Positions 1-6,713 of a DNA stretch of 32,000 bases are shown piece by piece. How positions within the stretch are numbered: the first letter of the stretch is position 1; every line of letters starts with the position of its first letter. The notes beneath the pieces are model-generated. The model worked only from the letters and a program-made list of their open reading frames with translations. It was not told the DNA's origin and made no database searches. The position numbers were made by a program, and so were the translations under genes. This stretch comes from Microcystis aeruginosa NIES-843 (GTDB taxonomy: Bacteria > Cyanobacteriota > Cyanobacteriia > Cyanobacteriales > Microcystaceae): assembly GCF_000010625.1 (NCBI RefSeq), contig NC_010296.1:5700001-5732000 (forward strand), read 5' to 3'.

Positions 1-141
1 AATTTAATTGAAATATTATGGAGATTTTTAAAATATGAATGGATTGAATTTAGCGCCTATAAAGACCGAAAGAGCCTCCTCGCTTACGTTAAAAAAGTGC
101 TGGACAATTTTGGAGGCGAGTATGTAATTAATTTTGCCTAG
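1..141 (+). CDS. IS630/Tc1-like DDE transposase, C-terminal fragment (5' part lies outside the window)
   Basis: Frame 1 is open from base 1 and reads NLIEILWRFLKYEWIEFSAYKDRKSLLAYVKKVLDNFGGEYVINFA, with stop TAG at 139-141. The N-x-IE-x-x-W-x-x-LK block resembles the segment carrying the last acidic catalytic residue of IS630-family transposases (recognised from memory, not searched). Confidence 0.55.
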   Translation, partial: NLIEILWRFLKYEWIEFSAYKDRKSLLAYVKKVLDNFGGEYVINFA

Positions 142-382
142 GTACTTAACGCTCTAAAGCAACTTGAAAGGGTGTCGGCACAGGTGCAGGAGAATTCATA
201 TTATACAATCCTAAAAGTTTAGTTTCTTTCACTGTTTGAGGGTAAAAAATACTCCAGCAAAACTGGCTGCTGATACTAAATCCTGTTTAAAAAGTATAGG
301 AAAGTGGGAAGATGGGGCAAATAACCAAAGAAATTAGGAACCATAGGTCCCTAATTCCTGTAGTATATGCCATTGTATGTAA

Positions 383-456
383 CGGGCTTGGAGAGACTCG
401 AACTCCCGACCTTGTGGTCCGTAGCCACACGCTCTAATCCACTAAGCTACAAGCCC
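383..456 (-). tRNA. tRNA-Arg (anticodon ACG)
   Basis: The reverse complement folds as a cloverleaf. Acceptor is GGGCTTG/CAAGCCC. Anticodon stem is TGTGG/CCACA with loop CTACGGA (anticodon ACG). T arm is GGGAG-TTCGAGT-CTCTC. No CCA is encoded. Confidence 0.9.
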
Positions 457-499
457 TTGTTTTTCTCAACAGTAAACTACTATAGCACAGGTTCATTCA

Positions 500-1000
500 A
501 TGACGCAAGAGGGTAAAGAAAAATTATCTCATCTCGACAGCCAAGGCGAGGCCCAGATGGTGGATGTATCGGAGAAAATGCTCACTAAACGCACTGCTAT
601 CGCCCTAGGACAAGTGAGAATGCTAAAAACGACTTTTGAAGCCATAGAACAGGGAAATGCGCCTAAAGGTGACGTTTTAGGGACGGCCAGACTAGCGGGA
701 ATTATGGCGGCCAAACAAACTTCCTCCTTAATTCCCCTTTGCCATCCCTTACCCCTGCAAAAAATCAATGTTCAGATTATCCCGAAAGCAGAGTTACCCG
801 GCTACGAAATTCGGGCAGAAGTGGTGACAAAATCGGAAACTGGGGTAGAAATGGAGGCTTTAACTGCGGTATCTGTGGCAGCCTTGACTTTATACGATAT
901 GGCTAAAGCGTTAGAAAAATCAATCCTGATTGAAAATATCCGTCTGCTGAGTAAAACAGGAGGAAAATCAGATTATCACAAGGATTACCTGTTGCGATGA
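500..1000 (+). CDS. moaC: cyclic pyranopterin monophosphate synthase MoaC
   Basis: 166-aa [53 protein letters not shown] and [21 protein letters not shown] are typical MoaC blocks. Confidence 0.9.
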   Translation: MTQEGKEKLSHLDSQGEAQMVDVSEKMLTKRTAIALGQVRMLKTTFEAIEQGNAPKGDVLGTARLAGIMAAKQTSSLIPLCHPLPLQKINVQIIPKAELPGYEIRAEVVTKSETGVEMEALTAVSVAALTLYDMAKALEKSILIENIRLLSKTGGKSDYHKDYLLR

Positions 1001-1006
1001 AAACCC

Positions 1007-1246
1007 TAAGTAGGGTTTGCGGCAAAAAGTTTTTCCTGGTGGCAGGGTGTGGGGTGTGGGGTGTGGGGTGTGGGGTGTGGGGTGTGGGGTTTTACCAATT
1101 TTCAGGGAGTCAATTACCTAAGTTTCGGGGAAAAAGTACCTGAATTTTCCCCCCAATCACTCTAATCGCTGGCACTTTTTGATTTCAAAAAAGCCTAAAG
1201 ATATTATCCAAGAAGGTTTTTAGATTTATTCAGCAAACCCTAAGTA
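1007..1246 (+). mobile_element. MITE family A, copy 1 (core 1013-1240, flanked by direct TAAGTA at 1007-1012 and 1241-1246)
   Basis: Terminal inverted repeats are GGGTTTGC(G/T)G and CAGCAAACCC. The whole ~230-bp body is repeated at 27475-27700 (same orientation) and 14638-14868 (inverted). There is no ORF. An internal (GGGGTGT)n tract is present. Confidence 0.8.
1045..1089 (+). repeat. (GGGGTGT)n heptamer tandem array inside MITE-A copy 1 (7 G-runs)
   Basis: Direct reading gives GGGTGT followed by five GGGGTGT units and a final GGGG. The arrays at 14798-14831 (C-strand) and 27513-27543 have 5 G-runs each. Confidence 0.95.
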
Positions 1247-4200
1247 ACCCCTTCTAATTTTTCATCGGTCAATTGATATAATTCCTGTAATTTCTCTAAT
1301 TTGTCGGGGTCTGCTTGCCAAAAACCGCGACCCTGTGCTTCTAACATTCTACCGACAATATTACGGAAAGCTTCGGGATTAGCTTGACGCAATTTTTCCG
1401 CCATTTCTGCATCAAAAGCGTAGGTATCGGCTGCCTGATCATACACCCAATCGTCACTAAAATTAGCCGTACCGCCCCAACCAATTAAAGCGGTCATTCT
1501 TTGGGAGATTTCGTAGGCCCCACCGGAACCTTGATTAACCATGGCATTGGCCCATTTAGGATTGAGTAATTTACTGCGGTATTCTAAGCGCAAAACCTCC
1601 TCTAATTTGCGGGGAGTTGTATCATTGGAAAAACTCTCGACAAAACTTGTCATTACCCGTTTACCGCTTTGTTTTTCTGCGGCTAATTTTAATCCTCCCG
1701 TGTTGCCGTAGTATTCCTGAATATCGGTTAAACCGTATTCTACCGAGTCAATTTCTTGGATAATACTTTCACTGGTTTTTAATAACTGTTGTAGCACTTC
1801 TGGCCGCGCTTGTCCCTTATCTTGACGACCATAACTAAAAACATTACGCTTTTCCCAAGTTTTCGCTAATTCGTTGTCATTGTCCCAATTTCCCTCCACT
1901 ACTTGGTCATTAACTAAAGAGCCAAAATCCCCGGCAGGATTGGAAAATAAACGAGCGCTCGCATTGTCAATTCCTTGACTTTTTAAGGCTAAATAGTGCT
2001 TACGGATATAATTATCATTTTCCGATTCTTCTATCTCGGCTGCCCGCTGCATTAAATCATCCAATAACTCGATAATATTGATAAAAGTATCCCGAAAAAT
2101 TCCCGATAAATTAGCCAGAATATCGATGCGCGGGTGTCCAATTTCCCCTAGAGGTTTTAATTCATACCTGACAATTCTTCCTGTTCCCTCTTTCACTGGT
2201 TCCGCACCAACTAATTCTAAGAGAATACCCAGGGATTCACCCTTAGTTTTAATCACATCTAATCCCCAGAGTAAAACTGCTACAGTTTCGGGATATTTTC
2301 CTTTTTCGGTTAAGTTTTGTTCTAGCAGTTTTTTGGCGATTTCCCGTCCGCGGGTGTAGGCTGCTGGGGAAGGCATCCGGTAAGGGTCTAAAGCGTGTAT
2401 ATTACGTCCTGTGGGCAAAACTCCCGCACCATCCCGGAGTAAATCCCCCCCCGGTGCCGGTGGTACATATTCCCCATTTAATCCCCGCAAAAGATTAGTT
2501 AATTCTTCGCTATTTTGTCCTAATAAATTTTTAATAGTAATGCCTTCTTTAACCTTTTCATTGGTTGCTTCGTCAGCGATAATTTGCTGAAATTCTCGCT
2601 CAGATAAATCGGTGAAATAAGCGTCAAGATAACCTTTTAATTCTTCCTGATTGGGAGCAGTTCCTAGGGTGTGTAAACCCGAAGAAAATAGTCTTTGTTC
2701 GACGATTTGTAGGTAATTATACACCTTGACAAAATAATCGGTTAGTGCATAGCGGCTAAATAATTTGGCATTTTCTAAAGTGAATTCTATTCCCTGTTTT
2801 TCTGCTTCCAGAAAAGGACAATCTTTAGAGATACCTGTATCAATAATCTTTTGGAGGATACTATCTCTTAAAGCGTAATTTTTCTCAGGATTTTCTCGAA
2901 ACTCTGCAATCAAATCTCGTAAAATCATCAATTCTTTATATAATCCCGCTCGTCCGTAGGGAGGCACATTATGGGAAATTAACACCCCATAACCGCGACG
3001 TTTGGCTAGGATAGATTCCGAGGGATTATTAGCGGCATAAATATATAAATTCGGTAAATCTCCTAATAAAATATCTGACCAAGAATAACCAGTATTTCCT
3101 AGGGGTGAACCGGGCAGCCATTCGACAGTTCCGTGCATACCAAAATGAATGATCGCATCGGTCTTAAAATCTTTCTGTAACCACTGATAAAAGGCTGCAT
3201 ACTGAGGGTGAGGAGTTAAATCTTTTTCAAACATTAACCGCATCGGATCCCCAGCAATTCCTAAAGGTGGCTGGACTCCAATCCAGATATTACCTAACTC
3301 AATTCCCCCTAAATGATACTGGTCGCCAATAGTTTTTATCCCCGCATCTTTAAGAGATTTCCACTGTTTTTCAATGCGAGAAGTTAACAGATAACCTAGC
3401 CAATTTTCTAAAGTTTCTATCGATAAACGATTTTGTTTAGAGAGATTTTCATCATCGGCAAATTTAACTTTTTGAATAATTTCTTCCCCGTCTTCGGGAA
3501 TTGTTCCCACATTATAACCCTGCGCTTGTAAAGCTTGTAAAAACTTAACTAAACTCCGGGGAACATTTAATAAAGCTGCCGTACCAACTGCCCCATAACC
3601 AGGCGGAAATCCATAGAGAATGATGGCTATTTTGCGTTCTTGGGGAGGGGTTTTATGTAACTTAATCCAACTGTTTAAACGTCCAGTTAAACGCTGTAAT
3701 CTTTCGGGGATTAAATATATAGTTTCCCCCACTAATCCCCCCAGAGGAATTGTATCAATTGCCCCATCTAATTCCGGTAAAGCGTATAGAACCACACTCT
3801 GTAAACCACCGATTCCCTGTCTTGTCCAAGAATAAATATCTTGAATCAATAAAGGGGCAGCGATAAGATAAGGAATATTTTTAGCGGACAGAATTCGTTT
3901 AGCCACTTCTACCTGTCTTCCTGCTTCCATAGAACCCGCAGGACCCCCCACCAAAGGAAAGCCAATCGTCGAGACAATTGCATCTACTGTCACCGCATCT
4001 TCACTTAAAGAAGGAGTTTCAATGATTCCTTTTTTTCTTTGCTGAATTTCGTAGTCTGTGGTTAACCAATCCCGAACAATTGTATGGCCTTCTACTCCGT
4101 TAATAAACACGGGTAGGGGAATTAAATTAGCCGTTTCAAAATGACGGATTAATTGATTAATATAGGGTAGTTTACTGATAACGTGCTTCCGATAAAGCAG

Positions 4201-4905
4201 CAGTGCCACCACTGGTTTATCAAGAGATTTATTTTTTTTATACCAAGTCAAATATTCTTGGGGAGTGAGAAAATAACCCTGATAATCGGGGTGTAATAGT
4301 CCCTTATTGGGAGTTTCGATAACTTCGGGTATTTCCCGTACTTTTAATCCTAGATATTTTTGGGCAATTATCCAACACATAGCGGCAACATTTTCGGTTC
4401 CTCCCGCATTCCAATAACCGTAAATAATTAACCAATTACGCAAATCTTGAACTTTTTTAGCGGGAATAAATTTCAGCAGTTTCGGACCAGTTTTGAGGAA
4501 ACTGAGATAACCGGCTAACTTATCTTCTTCCTTGCCACTGGAAAATTTACTCAAGATAAATTGAATTGGTTTTGGCATTCCTTTTGGTTTATCCCCGATG
4601 GCAAATTCTCCCAAACGGGTTAAACTCATTAACTCTAAAGCAGACTCAAAAACTAAGCGAATCGGAATCTGTGCTGCTCGTTGCCGCAGCCAAGTAACTT
4701 GATCGTAATCGAAGATCAAACTAGCAAAAAAAACGTCGGCAGTGGCTAAAGCTTGCTCGACTATTTCAGGTTCGCTCGTCAAGGATTTATCGCTGAATAC
4801 TTTTACTTCTAAATCGGGACATTTAGAACTAGCCAACAGGCCCGATTGCCGATATAAATTGGTGTTAAAGGTTTCAAAGCCAACAATTAAAACAATACTT
4901 TTCAT
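1240..4905 (-). CDS. CobN/Mg-chelatase subunit H family protein (short BchH-like form, 1221 aa)
   Basis: Uninterrupted 1221-aa ORF. LFSNPAGDFGSLVNDQVVEGNWDNDNEL, HFGMHGTVEWLPG and GLDVIKTKGESLG are blocks I associate with the BchH/ChlH/CobN family. It lacks the long N-terminal extension of canonical cyanobacterial ChlH (~1330 aa). Confidence 0.8.
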   Translation of the reverse strand: MKSIVLIVGFETFNTNLYRQSGLLASSKCPDLEVKVFSDKSLTSEPEIVEQALATADVFFASLIFDYDQVTWLRQRAAQIPIRLVFESALELMSLTRLGEFAIGDKPKGMPKPIQFILSKFSSGKEEDKLAGYLSFLKTGPKLLKFIPAKKVQDLRNWLIIYGYWNAGGTENVAAMCWIIAQKYLGLKVREIPEVIETPNKGLLHPDYQGYFLTPQEYLTWYKKNKSLDKPVVALLLYRKHVISKLPYINQLIRHFETANLIPLPVFINGVEGHTIVRDWLTTDYEIQQRKKGIIETPSLSEDAVTVDAIVSTIGFPLVGGPAGSMEAGRQVEVAKRILSAKNIPYLIAAPLLIQDIYSWTRQGIGGLQSVVLYALPELDGAIDTIPLGGLVGETIYLIPERLQRLTGRLNSWIKLHKTPPQERKIAIILYGFPPGYGAVGTAALLNVPRSLVKFLQALQAQGYNVGTIPEDGEEIIQKVKFADDENLSKQNRLSIETLENWLGYLLTSRIEKQWKSLKDAGIKTIGDQYHLGGIELGNIWIGVQPPLGIAGDPMRLMFEKDLTPHPQYAAFYQWLQKDFKTDAIIHFGMHGTVEWLPGSPLGNTGYSWSDILLGDLPNLYIYAANNPSESILAKRRGYGVLISHNVPPYGRAGLYKELMILRDLIAEFRENPEKNYALRDSILQKIIDTGISKDCPFLEAEKQGIEFTLENAKLFSRYALTDYFVKVYNYLQIVEQRLFSSGLHTLGTAPNQEELKGYLDAYFTDLSEREFQQIIADEATNEKVKEGITIKNLLGQNSEELTNLLRGLNGEYVPPAPGGDLLRDGAGVLPTGRNIHALDPYRMPSPAAYTRGREIAKKLLEQNLTEKGKYPETVAVLLWGLDVIKTKGESLGILLELVGAEPVKEGTGRIVRYELKPLGEIGHPRIDILANLSGIFRDTFINIIELLDDLMQRAAEIEESENDNYIRKHYLALKSQGIDNASARLFSNPAGDFGSLVNDQVVEGNWDNDNELAKTWEKRNVFSYGRQDKGQARPEVLQQLLKTSESIIQEIDSVEYGLTDIQEYYGNTGGLKLAAEKQSGKRVMTSFVESFSNDTTPRKLEEVLRLEYRSKLLNPKWANAMVNQGSGGAYEISQRMTALIGWGGTANFSDDWVYDQAADTYAFDAEMAEKLRQANPEAFRNIVGRMLEAQGRGFWQADPDKLEKLQELYQLTDEKLEGVT

Positions 4906-4980
4906 AAGAATTTATTTTCTGATAAATCAGGGTGCGTTATTTTGCCTTAACACACCCCCTGAAATGATCATAACAACAAA

Positions 4981-5277
4981 TTAATAATAACTGCCAGATT
5001 TGCGATGATGGATGGCGGTTAAACCTTGGTGTAAAACCTTACCTTTTTCTGCGATCGCATAAAGCAGCCAATGATCACCGCACTCCATTCGTTGTTCCAC
5101 CCGACATTCCAGATAAGCGAGTGCTTCGGCCAGAATCGGCGCACCGTTCTCAGCTTTAGTGGTTTCGATATTAGCAAAACGGTCTTCCCCCGGAGCAAAG
5201 GGTTTGAGAAAATGCTTCATTAAAGCTATATGTTGTCCTTCTTGCCGGATATTAAGGACAAAATGGATATAAAGTGG
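4981..5277 (-). pseudogene. 3'-terminal fragment of a flavodiiron (flv) gene, covering the end of the flavin-reductase domain
   Basis: 4981-5220 differs from 6714-6953 at 13 of 240 nt, and only 3 of 79 residues differ. Homology starts exactly at the stop codon. It continues in frame to about 5277 (PLYIHFVLNIRQEGQHIALMKHF versus LLYSGTPFVLNILQEGQHLALMKHF) and then stops abruptly. Confidence 0.75.
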
Positions 5278-5353
5278 GTAGAGTCGATGGGAGGTATTAT
5301 CCTCCGCACCTCTCTCTTAGATGCGAGCGTGCGACTTTCACCGCACTCGGCTC
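5278..5353 (-). mobile_element. group II intron 3' end-like segment (domain V plus domain VI)
   Basis: The reverse complement of 5320-5353 is GAGCCGAGUGCGGUGAAAGUCGCACGCUCGCAUC. That is 27/34 identical to the textbook ai5-gamma domain V (GAGCCGUAUGCGAUGAAAGUCGCACGUACGGUUC, quoted from memory) and includes two compensated base pairs. It is followed by a hairpin (GGAGG-AUAAUA-CCUCC core) with a bulged GA. The A is the 7th nt from a terminal ...CUCUAC, as expected for a domain VI branch point. Confidence 0.5.
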
Positions 5354-5428
5354 CCGATAATCTTAGCTTTCACTTTTGCACATCTGGATGTAATCGTGGC
5401 ATGATTCGTGTACTGCCAAAAGATTATT

Positions 5429-5555
5429 GGCCAGCAATTCTCATTTTAAGGTTTCATGACATTAAAACCCTTGCACCTAGAGGGGTTAATAATTCTTAAC
5501 GAATCTCTAGATCGCTCAAACAACGCAAAATCGTTTCAAAATGAGAATTGCTGCC
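5429..5555. repeat. long-range inverted repeat (16-18 bp arms, ~90 nt apart) upstream of the domain V-like segment
   Basis: GGCCAGCAATTCTCATTTT at 5429-5447 is the complement of AAAATGAGAATTGCTGCC at 5538-5555, with 16 consecutive perfect pairs. Confidence 0.85.
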
Positions 5556-5887
5556 ACTATCTCACCTGCATCGGTCTAACACCCCCTTAATAAGACTTAT
5601 AGCAGAGAACGAGTTGGTTAGGACAACCTAAATCGCTAAAATTCAGTTCTGGCAAGGATTTTCTTTCTGCCTTCTGCCCTCTGCTATAATAGCGCACTGT
5701 GCGGTTTAATCACCTCAATCAGGAGTCAGGAGACGATGCCAAATCAGATTATACTTCATCTTTATGAGAAACGCTGTAAGCTGTAATAATTAAGAGGCAT
5801 CTTAAAAAAAGTCAGAAACCCTTCTGTTCCCTGTTCCGGAGTTCCCTTGTCTCTAAAGTTAACTTTATTTTTAACTAGGTACTTAGA

Positions 5888-6172
5888 ATGAAAAATGAAA
5901 CATTAAATCTAGAATTTTCTCCCGATGTTCTTGCCGCTTTAAAAATAGGAATTGATGAACTCGGTCAAGAAATTAAACTTCTGGCCGCTATTTATTATTT
6001 TCAAGAAAAGCGACTTTCTTTAGGAAAAGCGGCGGAATTAGCGAGAATTAATCGCCTAGAATTTATGGATATTTTGTCTAAAAAAGGGATTGTATTGTTT
6101 GATTATGACGAATCGGCGTTAGCGGTTGAATTAAAGGGAATAGAAAAACTGGAGCCTGATGATTGTAAGTAA
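5888..6172 (+). CDS. UPF0175-family antitoxin-like protein
   Basis: 94-aa ORF. LAAIYYFQEKRLSLGKAAELARINRLEFMDILSKKGI is the typical UPF0175 helix-turn-helix core. It overlaps the next ORF by 14 nt. Confidence 0.7.
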   Translation: MKNETLNLEFSPDVLAALKIGIDELGQEIKLLAAIYYFQEKRLSLGKAAELARINRLEFMDILSKKGIVLFDYDESALAVELKGIEKLEPDDCK

Positions 6173-6641
6173 CGCTACTCCCCTCATCGCTTTTGCGCGA
6201 ATTGGTCAACTCGGTCTTTTACAAGAAATAGTTAAAAGCATCGTTATTCCTAAGGCAGTAGCTCTTGAAATCAGCACTTACGATCAGGACAAAACTGGCT
6301 CGATCGATCTATTACGAGAACAGTGGATTTCTGTCCGAGAAATCGCCTCTCAACAGCAGGTTTCCTTACTATTACCGACTCTAGATCGAGGAGAATCAGA
6401 AGTCATCGTCCTTGCACTAGAACAAAAAGCCCCTTTAGTGCTTATCGATGAATTAGCTGCTCGTCAGGTGTGTAAATCTCTCAATATTCCAATTACAGGT
6501 TCGATCGGTATTTTAATTAAAGCAAAACAGTTGGGAAAGATCGCTGCAGTCAAACCTTACATAGAAACGATGCAACAACAAGGCATATACTACAGCCAGA
6601 AATTTATTGATCTTGTTTTACAAACAGTAGCAGAAGGATAG
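6159..6641 (+). CDS. PIN-like (DUF3368-type) predicted nuclease, toxin partner
   Basis: 160-aa ORF. The N-terminus MIVSNATPLIAFARIGQLGLL and LDRGESEVIVLA are typical of the DUF3368/COG2405 PIN-like proteins that pair with UPF0175. Confidence 0.7.
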   Translation: MIVSNATPLIAFARIGQLGLLQEIVKSIVIPKAVALEISTYDQDKTGSIDLLREQWISVREIASQQQVSLLLPTLDRGESEVIVLALEQKAPLVLIDELAARQVCKSLNIPITGSIGILIKAKQLGKIAAVKPYIETMQQQGIYYSQKFIDLVLQTVAEG

Positions 6642-6713
6642 GGGAGAGTATTGTTCACTTTCGGGATCAGCCGAAACCCTTGTTTTTTGCGATCCCTTGC
6701 CCGTCACCATGAG

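Noticed and set aside
138-148. The 11-mer CTAGGTACTTA at the transposase stop (138-148) recurs at 5874-5884 just upstream of the UPF0175 gene, suggesting a solo IS terminus.
   Set aside because: The match does not extend beyond 11 nt on either side. That is too short to call an IS end without the full element for comparison.
142-382. Possible integrated island boundary at tRNA-Arg, since an IS fragment lies next to a tRNA gene.
   Set aside because: No direct repeat of the tRNA 3' end and no integrase is visible in the window. The left side is cut off, so this cannot be evaluated.
529-768. Antisense or shadow ORFs from the six-frame track that lie inside long, well-supported genes: 529-768, 2078-2359, 3620-3835, 4742-4984, 7277-7561, 7414-7614, 7455-7691, 7806-8003, 8308-8520, 11145-11369, 12296-12502, 15114-15317, 18866-19072, 19821-20036, 22615-22815, 23433-23744, 25433-25684, 25997-26215, 26624-26812, 29667-29894, 31303-31524.
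   Set aside because: Each is fully or mostly embedded in a much longer ORF with clear family motifs on the other strand or in another frame. Their translations are low-complexity or Arg/Ser/Pro-rich, as expected for non-coding frames.
1045-1089. Telomere-like (GGGGTGT)n suggesting a linear replicon end.
   Set aside because: The tract is internal to a MITE that occurs three times in both orientations within ordinary gene context. It is not at a sequence end.
5230-5499. 89-aa ORF on the + strand between the flv fragment and the TA pair.
   Set aside because: It overlaps the antisense of the flv-homologous segment and of the domain V/VI-like RNA motif, and has no recognisable protein features.
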